A stretch of 63,623 nucleotides of DNA, the filler included, from Octopus bimaculoides (taxonomy: Eukaryota): assembly GCF_001194135.2 (NCBI RefSeq). It is 5 parts of 4 records of this genome, joined end to end, with 100 filler letters (N's around TTAATTAATTAA, not from the genome) between each part and the next. Parts side by side here need not be neighbours in the genome. Positions count along the whole stretch, not along the records: positions 1 to 20,234 come from NC_068994.1; positions 20,335 to 51,845 come from NC_068981.1; 3 more parts are not named here. One strand, written 5' to 3'. Both the position numbers and the translations under genes were made by a program. Below the pieces are notes generated by a model, which saw only the letters and a program-made list of their open reading frames with translations, was not told where the DNA came from and ran no database searches. Shown piece after piece: positions 11,423-22,135 of this stretch (position 1 is its first letter; every line of letters starts with the position of its first letter).

Positions 11423-12501
11423 TTTAACATCCACTTTTTCATGCTTGTATGGGTCAGAGGGAATTTATTGAGACAGATTTTCTACAGCTGGATTCTATTT
11501 TTTCTTTTTTTGTTTTGTTTCCAACCCTCACCTGTTACCCAGCTCTGTCCCCAGAATGCAGATAGCAAAAATGATGTCACATTTTGAATTAGAGGAAAGT
11601 CTTGCTTGTTTGCACCCCACCCTCACCCCTTCCCTCATTGCTTGTATTCATAACTTGCATATTAACTGGTTGATTTCTTTTTCTGAAAACCCTAGCTTAT
11701 CCAGATTGCCACTCAGGCATTTACTCACAAAACCAACAGCACCAATTGTTATTGATACAAATGTTAATTTATAATCTGGGTATAGAAACTAAAGGTTTCA
11801 AAGCAGTTGTCCATAGTTATCCTTTTCCTCTTCGATTTTCAGAGGGATATTCACACAGCAGGGCAGCTGACATCAATGCTGGTATATACTTTCCTTGTCA
11901 AATCCCAAATACCAATATCTGGCCTGTTGCATGTGCAAGTGACATGGCATATAAATTTATCTGATGGTGTGTGTTGATGTTCTGTCCAGGATGATATGAA
12001 TCAATTTGTTTGTTTCTTTTAATGACGTATTTTCTGTACCCTAGACAGATAGCCAGTGATGTGGTATGTAGAGTCCATATCTTGTTTGCATGGTCCATTT
12101 TTTGGCATGGTCTTTATTCCCTGGTTGAGATTTGTTAGGGGTCTGTTCAATCAACAAGCCACTGAAGCTGAATATGAATATCAGTCCATCCAATAGAGTT
12201 CTGTTAGAAATTGACAGTACGAGATAGAGAAAATATTGCAAAAATAGGTGAAGGGTTATGTTGATATTTAAAGGCAGATGAATGGCTTATAATAACCAGT
12301 GAGGTGTTATAAAAAATACTTGTAGGAAGTGTGTTATATTATGAAAACTGGTGATGAAGGTGTGGGTTAGAGTATAAAAGCTAATGGTTACCTTAACCAG
12401 CTAACTAAAAATCTCTGACATTTGTGCACCTCAAATTTAAATTGAAAAATATATTGCAAAATTATTCTTTCCTAACATGTATAAACACACACGCACACAC
12501 G

Positions 12502-12571
<70 letters not shown>

Positions 12572-12693
12572 TACATATGTATGTATGTATGTATAAAAGA
12601 GTAATATACAATGTGGATTCAGAGAATCATGAGGCTATCACAGTATGCATCTCCTTTCTTATGGAAATCACATGTAATCATTACTGATATACA

Positions 12694-12774
<81 letters not shown>

Positions 12775-13356
12775 TTTCAGATTCTTCATACAGGTTTCAT
12801 GCTAGCACAGTTGGCATGGTTTATAGTTTTGTTTGTGCAAATGCTTTTATTTTTGTTGCTATTATCAACTGTGATATGTGAAGCTGTATGACATGCAATT
12901 AAATTGAGGTAAGCTGAGTTATGTACTATCGGCATGGAACAGGAACAGGAACACAATGTAATTGTCATATTGAAGTTTATATTAAATACAATTCTTGATA
13001 ACTGAAAGAAACGATCATATGTCGAACTGTCAGCCTCCAAATAAACCTACTGTAGCAGAAAACTCATTTTATATTATATATCAATATTTTTCATTAGAAG
13101 ACAAAAGGATATGATACAAAATGTAAGGAAACTCAGTTGTATAACATGATATAGAGCATTAGTTTTTGCCAAGAAGGTACTGCTGCAGTGATATATGCTG
13201 AATGTTAGGATTTTTATCATAGTGAAAGATGTTTCTTTTTTTTATTTGTTAGGACTGTTTTTCTTTTTCGTTTTGTTGTTTGTTTGTATTTTTTTTTATA
13301 TATATAACTGAATGAAAATTAATATAAATATGATTTTAGCATCAAAATTTGATAGA

Positions 13357-13365
13357 ACTTACCTG
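13357..13365 (-). promoter_or_regulatory. 5' splice donor ending the Pcdh ectodomain exon
   Basis: The minus strand reads CAG|GTAAGT, a perfect consensus donor at a codon boundary (Gln). Confidence 0.88.
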
Positions 13366-15777
13366 TGTTGATGCTGGAATACTTTTTGGTGTTGTCAATG
13401 TTGTCCATTCAACCGGTAGCTCCTGCTCTGGACAGAAATCCCTTCTGGATCTCATTGATGGTGTACTGTGATGCACCCCTTCTTCGGGGTTCTGTGTTAT
13501 AGCAAAAGGATTGTTACTCTGAGATATCATTAAACATTTCTCTCGTCCTGGTTGCATGGCTGGATTCATTGCTGCTGTATGTAACATAGTTCTCCTTCTG
13601 TTACATCTCACTATACATATCGTTATTATAACAACTATAGCAATTGATATCACTACAGCTGTAACAACTATGATAATGACCAAGTTGATATCTATCATGT
13701 CACTAGATTGGATATGAGCAGCTGTCAACATTGGGGATGTTCTGTTGCTGACAGTTAGTGTTAAGGACAGTGTAGTGGTTGCTGACAGCACTGGGCTGCC
13801 ACTGTCTTTCACAACTAACAAAAGATTGTATGACCCGGCATCATTTTGGTAAACTTTTCGAGCAAATGATAAAACTCCAGTGTAAGGATTAACAGTAAAC
13901 AACTGATGGTTTTTTCTATCAAGCATTTCATACTTAAGGAAAGCATTTTCCCGACTGTCTCTGTCTGAAGCTCTCAGAGTTGTGATGTCATTTTTGCTTT
14001 GTGGGTGATAATGGACATCTAGGCTGAAAGGGTTAACACTAGGAAATGTGAAGTATGGTGCATTATCATTCTCATCCATGACTTCAACAACAACATTTGC
14101 TGTACTGTTTAGTGATGGTGTACCGTTATCCTTTACTAAAACCCGGAATTTATATATGTCTCGTCGTTCTCGGTCTAAAGACCGTATAGTTGAAATGAAA
14201 CCATAGTCTGTAATCTGAAAAGGAAACATATTGTTGTTATCAATTATGAAATATGTTAGTTGGCCTCCATTTCCTAAATCCAAATCAGTGGCATTGATAA
14301 ATCCAACTGGGAAATTTGATTTTTCATTTTCATAAGTAAGAAATTTAAATGTGTCTTTGGTAAATTTAGGCTGTACATCATTAACATCCATTACTTGGAT
14401 TGAAAATTTTCTCGCAGTCTTCAAAGCTGGTGAGCCTTTGTCATGACAGATAATTGAAATATTGTAGTTACTTTCAGTTTCTCTGTCGACTGTGTTTTTC
14501 ATCAGTACCTTATATTCTTTGGAACTTATTTTTAACAGCTGAAATTTATCGCTTTTAAGATCGCACGTTACTTCTCCATTTAGTCCAACATCATTGTCAA
14601 TAACACTGACATAGGCAATAAAGCTGCCAACTTTGATTCTCTCTGAAATTGCAGCTGTATTCTTTTTTAATGCAGAAACAAAATTGACATCAATTTCTGG
14701 CGCTCTGTTTTGTTGATTGATCACATTTACAAGTAGCAAAACTATAGAACTGAGAGGAGGACTACCTCTGTCTGTTGCTTCAACAAAAAGTTTATATTTT
14801 CGTGTCTGTGTAACTGGGAAGACATTCAAAAAGAATATTTCACCTGTAACATTATTTAACTGAAAACTATTTTTTACAATTTCGGATGTTTTAGAACTAA
14901 AGTGGTAAATTATTTTTCCATTGTCTCCAGAATCTAAATCTGTAGCAGATAAAACGGTAACTGGTGAAGCTCTGTGATGTGTATTCTTTATGGAAACATT
15001 ATAGATATCTTTTGAAAAAATAGGTGGATTGTCATTGACATCAATTACAGAAACTTCAATATTCAGAATTCCATGCTGGGAGGGAAAGCCTCCATCTTCT
15101 GCAACTAGTTGTAAAAAGTAACTGTCTTTTGATTCTCTGTCTAATTTTTCATCTAGACTAATCCTTAGTTTGGAAGTACCGTCCACTTTCTTAGATACTG
15201 ATAGTCTAAATGGTTCATTATCGTGTTTTTTCAGGCGATATGAAATTTTTGAATTCATAATACCTACATCTTGGTCGACAGCATTTGGAATTGATTTTGC
15301 AGTTCCTTTGCCATGACTTTCATCAAAAAGGAGTTTTATCTGTTTTACAGGGAATTCTGGTTGATGGTCATTAACATCTTCTATTGTTACCTTAATTTTA
15401 AGAATCTTGATAAAAGTTTCTGCTTGCTTGACTGCAACTTTAATTGTTCTGGAACATTCTGTGCTATAAGAACATAATGATTCAGCATCAAGTTTCTGTG
15501 AAGTGAAAAGTTTACCAGATTTAGAAATATTAAAAAGCTGGGAAGTTTCTTTTTGGCTGAGTTGGTTAAAAGTTATCAAATTGTGATCTTGAGATGAGAC
15601 ACTGTTTAGAAGTTGTGAGTCTGCAGCAATATCCCCTATATAAGTTCCTGGACTTTTCTCTTCCTGGACAGGGTATGCAAGATCAACACACATGCAGGTA
15701 TGAAGAAACAAATGCAATATATATACCAGTACTAGCATATTCTCTCTTGTGTCTGCTGAGTTTATAAGCTGAAGCAT
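13363..15777 (-). CDS. Pcdh: Protocadherin, large ectodomain exon: signal peptide, EC1-EC6, TM and proximal cytoplasmic tail
   Basis: The 811-aa ORF has cadherin motifs DVNDHQPEF, LDRE, DVNDNPPIF, DxD, DVNDVQPKF, DENDNAPYF and D(R/K/S)GSP, an EC1 CxxxxxC loop and the hydrophobic TM INLVIIIVVTAVVISIAIVVIITICIV. The likely start is Met at 15738 (MLVLVYILHLFLHTCMC, signal-like); an in-frame ATG also exists at 15777. The exon ends at CAG|GTAAGT (13363/13362), phase 0, so the ORF tail VSSIKF* is intronic. Confidence 0.96.
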
Positions 15778-15787
15778 TCGAATAATT

Positions 15788-15803
15788 CTGAAAATAGAAT
15801 AAA
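15788..15803 (-). promoter_or_regulatory. 3' splice acceptor immediately upstream of the Pcdh start codon
   Basis: The minus strand reads ttattctattttcag|aattattcgaATG; the AG ends at 15788, 10 nt before the first ATG. Confidence 0.7.
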
Positions 15804-15969
15804 TAATTTGATTTTAATATAACAGGAATATAAGGAGTATTTTTATACATAAAAAGAAATATTTTTATATAAAATAAAGGCATATTTGTTTTTAACCTCA
15901 TGGAATAACTATGAATAAATGTTTACAAATTAAATCTAATTCAACTCCTTATTAACATTAGTTTCAAAT

Positions 15970-16165
15970 TTTGGCACAAGGCCAGATATTTCAGAGGTGG
16001 TGGGCAAAGCCGACTGGATCAATCCCAGTATCCAACTGGTACTTTTTTATCAACCCCAAAAGGATGACAGGCAAGTTGACCCCGGCAATACTTGAACTCA
16101 GAACAGGTGAGATGCCACTAAGCATTTTACCTCGTGTGCTAATGATTCTACCGGCTCGCCCTTAT
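15970..16165 (-). mobile_element. SINE family B, inverted, about 180 nt upstream of the Pcdh acceptor
   Basis: actggtactttttt.tcaaccccaaaaggatgacaggcaagttgacc...gaactcagaac is the reverse complement of the family B core. Confidence 0.8.
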
Positions 16166-16534
16166 TAATATTAATTATCTATTAACAAAATTTCATTGTG
16201 GATTAAAAGAAAATTTCATTGATGCTCTTAAAAAAGTGACCAGGTTGTCATGTTCTCTGTACATAAAAGTGGTTCAAGTCAGCATGACATGTGTAGGTGT
16301 CTTGGGTGCATACAGATAATGCATATTTGGAAAGTGGTAAAGGAGAAATGGAAGTTGGTATAATTTTCATAGCAGTGTGTGTTATTAAATTTCACAATAG
16401 GTAGGTCGTGTGTGTTAAGAATGTGAGTTGTAAAGACCTTCTTCATCACATACTGTAACAAAGCAATCAAGTAGGAAACTTCCAATCCAATGGATTATAA
16501 ATGAATGGAGGTCTTAAGTAGCTGACTTTGACTG

Positions 16535-16725
16535 TTGGATAAACCTTTAGCATTTAAACCAGCCATATTCCAAAATATTCTACCTGTTTTATGTTCAAAA
16601 CTGTCAAAATCTGGCCTCTCACGTCTACCCTACAATGTCATTCTAAAAATATACAATCACATCATTGAAATCTCAAAGTTACAAGATAATGCATGATTAA
16701 TTTAAAACAATGTAAATTAGTAAGT
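16535..16725. mobile_element. Partial MITE (piggyBac-like end aaccctttagcat...), right end lost
   Basis: Resembles a common octopus TTAA-type MITE from recall. Only one terminus is visible here. Confidence 0.35.
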
Positions 16726-16755
16726 ATGTATGTATACACACACACACACATACAC

Positions 16756-16787
<32 letters not shown>

Positions 16788-16788
<1 letters not shown>

Positions 16789-17060
16789 GTGCAGTGAATA
16801 AACTGTCATCTAAATTACGCAAAGATGAAAATATCTCTGACATCTCATTTTAACAGATATATTTACCAAAATTACATTAAAATATCTTGAAATACTAAAG
16901 AGTAAATTTATTCAATAAAATCGCCATTTGCTTAAACCACAGCCTCCAGACAACTTCGGAATCTCCTGCAACTCTCCTGGATGGTCTCTTTGTTTAAGTT
17001 GGTAAAAGCTGCCAAAATATTTGCCATCGGTTCATCTTCTATGTTACAAGGAGTATTTGT
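16788..17060 (-). mobile_element. Tc1/mariner transposon 3' end (transposase C-terminus and terminal region) in a TA microsatellite
   Basis: The minus strand translates to ETNTPCNIEDEPMANILAAFTNLNKETIQESCRRFRSCLEAVV*ANGDFIE*, and the element end abuts (TA)n. Confidence 0.75.
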
Positions 17061-17335
17061 TTCGCCAATTTAATTTTCTTTGCAGTTGGGGCAGGTAATG
17101 TAGTATATGAGGTTCTGCATTTTGCAGATCATATCTGCATTTATTTTGAACAAGAATCCACTCTTGAATTTTATGTGGGAACCACTTTCTAAGTATTTAA
17201 AGTTGTTGTTGTTGTTGCATGTTCCACATCTCCTGCTTCCACATTCTTTTACTAAGAATTCTGATTCATTCTCTGATGTGAATTCTTCTCCTGTGAGGTG
17301 TTTTTTAAGATTTTTTGGTCGGTGTCTACTATTCC
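17061..17335 (-). mobile_element. Penelope-like element fragment (CC..CC linker and first half of the GIY-YIG endonuclease)
   Basis: Translates to RPKNLKKHL..KECGSRRCGTC..F.I...MICKMQNLIYYITCPNCKEN*IGET (the LIY...YIG motif, with Y changed to stop). Confidence 0.8.
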
Positions 17336-18104
17336 GTAATAGTAGGCTAAAAAATAAAATTGGTATTTTCTGCAAGTCACACAGCCTCAATAAACATGAC
17401 ATATCTCAACAAAAATTAGTTTTAAACATAACATTCTTGAATGAAAGATAGATTGGTATAAAAAACTGCTTTCCACAGTTAAGGGTAATAAAATTCTTAG
17501 AGGAAGTATCTGATTTCTGCAGTAAAAAGGCTTAAGCAGAAAGTAGAGACAGTTATAACAGGTAATAATTTAGAGAAAGTAGTATTCTACGTAAACTTTC
17601 TTCATAATTGTTTATTTATTTATTTTATATCTGTTTTACAACTTTTCTTCCTATGTTAATAAGGGGAAAAAGCTTTTGAAAATTGAGATAAATTTGCATA
17701 TTATTCAACCATTTATTTTTCACAACGAAATTCCCTTACCACTTACTACTCAAGTATAAAGAGAACTTGCTGACCAGACAAAGACAAGCAGAGTTATGTG
17801 CCTTTGTGGAAAACATAAAACAATAGCTATTGTATAAAAGTATGAATGAGATTGAGTATTTAATAGGTCCAGCAACATAACCTTACGACTCTGAAGTAGA
17901 AAACATTTTAGGCAATTAATTATCACAACTATGGGTGACAGTTATCAGGGTTAGAATACTCTTATTACATATCCATATTAGAATATGACAATCTTTTCAA
18001 ATAGCATATTTAATTCTATGAGTTCCTCTCTGTAATAAATACAACTAAGTAGGCAGCTAATACCACCCTCTGGGGTAACATCTCCAATATCCCACACATG
18101 GGCT

Positions 18105-18394
18105 TTATATGTGCGTGTGCATGTGTGTGTGTGTATGTGTGTGCTGTGTGTGTGTCTGTGCATGTGTGTACACGTGTGTGTGTGTATATGTGTGCATGTG
18201 TGTGTGTGCATGTGTACATGTGTATACGCATATGTGCATGTGCATATGTGTTTGCATCTGTATGTGCATGTGTATGTGAATTCATGTGTGTATGTGTGCA
18301 TGCATGTGTGTGCATGCGTGTATGTGCATTTGTGTGTGTGTGTGCATGTGTGTATACATGTGTGCATGTGTGTGTGCATGTGTGTATGTGTGTT

Positions 18395-18437
<43 letters not shown>

Positions 18438-18452
18438 GTGTATGTGCGTGCA
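18105..18452. repeat. ~350-bp imperfect (TG)n/(CA)n alternating purine-pyrimidine tract
   Basis: Directly visible; it is the source of the H/T and C/V ORFs. Confidence 0.92.
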
Positions 18453-19017
18453 CACGCCACCTTATCTTGAGATTGCATGATTGTTATATATGAATATCAT
18501 GGTCACACAAGCTGTATAATTTGTTTCTAGTCCTCCCTGAAAACTTGTTGGATCAGGAGAAAATATAACCTCACTTCGAAACCATAGAAAATCTCTCACA
18601 AAATTTTGTCTGTCCCATGCAAGCAATGATGATGATGATGTTGATGATAATTATGATGATGATGATCCTTATTTAATTTCTCTCTTTCTCTCTATAATTC
18701 TCTCAAAGTGGTTCACAAGTAGCTAAGCTGCAACAATACCTGTAGAAACACCTCCATCTCTATCTCCACCAACAAGGTGGCTTTTGTCCACCACCATCTG
18801 CCTCTCGAATTGTTCTCATACATTTTGGTCCCTTGACTAAAGAATTTCCTGACCCTCAGTTAGCGCACTCTAGATCAAACCTCACCAAATTTCCTCACCA
18901 AATGTAACAGAATCAGACCTAAACAAATCACCTTCTCCAATATCTCGAGTGCCTCCCATTTCTCAAAGACTACCAGTACCATTTCTCAAAGATTACCAGT
19001 ACAGCTTCCCTATAAGG

Positions 19018-19215
19018 CAGCAAGCTGGCAGAAATGTTAGCACACCAGGCGAAATGCATCTTTATGTTCTGAGTTCAAATTCTGCCAAGCTCGACTTTGC
19101 CTCTCATTCTTGCAGTGTCAAAAAATTAAGTACTAGTTGTGCACTGGAGTCGATCAAATCGACTGGCCCCTTCTCCAAAAATTTCGGGCCTTGTGTCCAG
19201 AGTAGAAAAGAATAT
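19018..19215 (+). mobile_element. SINE family B, diverged
   Basis: gcaagctggcagaaatgttagcac..gttctgagttcaaattctgcc..cgactttgcc core. Confidence 0.78.
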
Positions 19216-19876
19216 TTCCTTCCCTATGACTGGACATGTTTGCAGGGAAGACAGGAAACATATTACACATCTTGTATGACAGTGCCATCTGTATGTAACT
19301 ATCGCATAAAGAAAAGGAGGCAAACACACATGCACGCATACACACACACACACACACACACACACTCATACATACCTGTGACTGTGTGTGTGTGTGTGTG
19401 TGTGTGTACACATGACAGGCTTCTTTCAGTTTCCTTCTATCTTTTCACTGATTTTAATTTGAATTCCCTATATCAGATGCTTCATCCTTTTTGTTACAAT
19501 TCATAAAGACATTTTCACTTCATGTTTAATTTGACACCAACACAACAATCAAAATAATAAAAAAATATGCAAACTGAAATATTACATTTTATGATACCTA
19601 ATCCCCAATTAAATAGATTTATTTCAATACAACTGTCTATGATATCAACATACTGATAATAATGTAACAACATTATATAAAAAAGTTACAGCACAAAGAT
19701 TTCTGTCATAACATAATGTCTACTTTTCTCTAAGTTTGTGTTTTATTCTTTGTGCCGTGCACGTACTTCTAGCTTCGTTGCTGTCTTCCTTAACTTATGT
19801 GTCTGTTCTCTGTCCCTGCTTTAAACTATTTTTTTCCAATGAGCTGTTGTGATCATGAGCACTGTATATAATAAGG

Positions 19877-19935
<59 letters not shown>

Positions 19936-20234
19936 GTGGAGGCGCAATGGCCCAGTGGTTAGGGCAGCGGACTCGCGGTCATAGGATCGCAGTTTCGATT
20001 CCCAGACCGGGCATTGTGAGTGTTTATTGAGGGAAAACACCTAAAGCTCCACGAGGCTCCGGCTGGGGATACTGGTGAACCCTGCTGTACTCTTTCACCA
20101 CAACTTTCTCTCACTCTTACTTCCTGTTTCTGTTGTGCCTGTAATTCAAAGGGTCAGCCTTGTCACACTGTGTCACGCTGAATATCCCCGAGAACTACGT
20201 TAATGGTACCCGTGTCTGTGGAGTGCTCAGCCAC
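19936..20234 (+). mobile_element. tRNA-derived SINE, family C, truncated by a scaffold join
   Basis: A-box tggcccagtgg and B-box-like gtttcgattccc; nearly identical to 61109-61440; preceded by (ATT)n. Confidence 0.88.
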
Positions 20235-20334
20235 NNNNNNNNNNNNNNNNNNNNNNNNNNNNNNNNNNNNNNNNNNNNTTAATTAATTAANNNNNNNNNN
20301 NNNNNNNNNNNNNNNNNNNNNNNNNNNNNNNNNN
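20235..20334. other. Scaffold-join pad N44-TTAATTAATTAA-N44 (assembly artefact)
   Basis: Exactly 44 N, 12 nt with stops in all six frames, then 44 N; four identical pads occur in the window. Confidence 0.95.
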
Positions 20335-20427
20335 ATTTGAACGGTGATCTCTATACGCTTTAAGCTTATAGAAAGAAATCATTATTATTATTTACAGAAT
20401 TGTAAATCTCGACACCACTTAACAAAA

Positions 20428-20476
<49 letters not shown>

Positions 20477-20654
20477 TATGTTGACAATGTTATGCGCATG
20501 CCGCTTGTTCTTCATTTTTTATTCGCTACACATCTATCTTTAGACATCGCCTCTGCGTTGTATATACCATCTCTTCCAGATATTACGAAATACACCGTTC
20601 CATTACATCTTACCGTGAGGTCACTGACTTTCACTAGCGGAAAACAAAACATTA

Positions 20655-20840
20655 ACTTTGATTTCAAATTTTGGAGAAAGTTCAGCAATATCGAGGGAAG
20701 GATCAAGTCGATTACATGGACCCCAGTGCTTAACTGCTACTCGTTTCATCAACTCTGAGAGGATAAGAATCAAATCAAATTCGGTGGAATCTGGAGTTCA
20801 GAATGAAATGCAACTAAGGATTTTGCTGATATGTCAACGA
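20655..20840 (-). mobile_element. SINE family B, diverged
   Basis: gtcgattacatggaccccagtgcttaactg...gaatc..aacgattctgc matches family B in reverse. Confidence 0.6.
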
Positions 20841-21164
20841 TTCTGCTGGCTCACGGCCCTGCACGCTACTTTAAAATTCGTTTCAGATTTTGGCAGAAGG
20901 TCAAAAAGTTTATATGACTCGATTGTCGATTATATCAAAATCTGTATTCAACTTGTTTTTATTTTATGGACCCTGAAAATATGACAACAAAGTCTACTTC
21001 GAAGGAATTTGAACTCATAATGTTAAGCCGGGCGAAATTCCACAAACCATTTGGCTGGGAGTGCTAACGATTCTGCATGTTCGACGCCTTAAACAACAGT
21101 GACCCGCAAGCCGCTAAAGTGTAAATTAATTCTAATAATAATCTTGCGTTTAATGCAGCTACCT

Positions 21165-21342
21165 AGCCGAATTGTTGGTACGCCAGACAAGATGCTTAGT
21201 GACATTTCTTTCGTCTTTACTTTCAGAGATTATATTCTGAACAGGTCGATTTTGCCATTCATCCGTTAATGGTCGATAAAATGAATACCAGCTTACGTTC
21301 TACGCGAAATTTATGGCTTTGTGCCAAAATTTGAAACCGATA
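21165..21342 (+). mobile_element. SINE family B, diverged
   Basis: gtcgattttgccattcatccgttaatggtcgataaaatgaataccag...ggctttgtgccaaaatttgaaacc. Confidence 0.65.
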
Positions 21343-21789
21343 TTAGCATTATTAAAATTAGTTTCATTTCACATTTTCTGTTGTTTGCGCTTTCCTAATT
21401 ACAGATACTTATTAAAAGTACATGCGTTAATACAACAACATCCCATGTTGTTCTTGTGTTTAATCAACTCAAACATGTTGACTCATTAATTTTCAGTGTG
21501 TCTATCCTTATCATTCCTTCTTTGATATTTTTTCTAATAAGATCTAAAGCTATCGAGACTATAAAACATAATCTCAGATCATTTTCAATAGAACGTAAAC
21601 TGTTACTGTTGAAGTAGTCAAAATATGTATATGTTTTAGATGGCTATCACCAGGATAGTTTACGTATTTCAAAAGGAAATCTAATTTTCATTTTATTCTA
21701 CAATAAAAAAAAATGAAGTCTGAGCAGAAACATGCTGAATAAAACTTGTAACCCAACAAAAACTTCCATGCTAGAGAATATGTTACCGG

Positions 21790-21925
21790 CAGTGACGTTG
21801 TGAGATCAATTTTGCTTCAAAACCACATGGTTTCCTGTTCACTCACACCTTGTAGCAACTTGGACACGTGTCTTCAATAATAACTTAGACGGGAACTAAA
21901 ACAAGCCTGTCGTATGTGTATGTAT
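21790..21925 (+). mobile_element. SINE family A head, highly diverged
   Basis: aaccacatggtttcctgttc...ttggacacgtgtcttc...agacgggaactaaaacaagcctgtcgtatg. Confidence 0.55.
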
Positions 21926-22081
21926 GTGTGTGTACATGTATGAATGTGTGTGTACATGTATGAATGTGTGTGTCTTTGTGTATGCATTTGTTCGACACCA
22001 TTTTATTCCTTCTGGAATAATACCAATGTTTTCTTCGAAACATAAGTCGGAATTAAAAATATTTGAATAACACCTGCATTT

Positions 22082-22135
<54 letters not shown>

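Noticed and set aside
13342-13362. VSSIKF* as the true Pcdh C-terminus, as given by the ORF track
   Set aside because: It begins with a perfect GTAAGT donor, and a matching downstream exon exists. It is retained only as a possible minor isoform.
17978-18493. His/Thr-rich and Cys/Val-rich ORFs (metallothionein-like appearance)
   Set aside because: Products of an imperfect (TG)n tract, as are the many similar ORFs across the window.
18700-18960. Possible RT-like relic on the minus strand
   Set aside because: No diagnostic motif was recovered in any frame by hand translation.
20279-20290. TTAATTAATTAA recurring four times (also 51890, 56716, 61485) as a possible biological motif or recombination site
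   Set aside because: It is always centred in exactly 44+44 N and has stops in all six frames. It is an artificial scaffold-join spacer.
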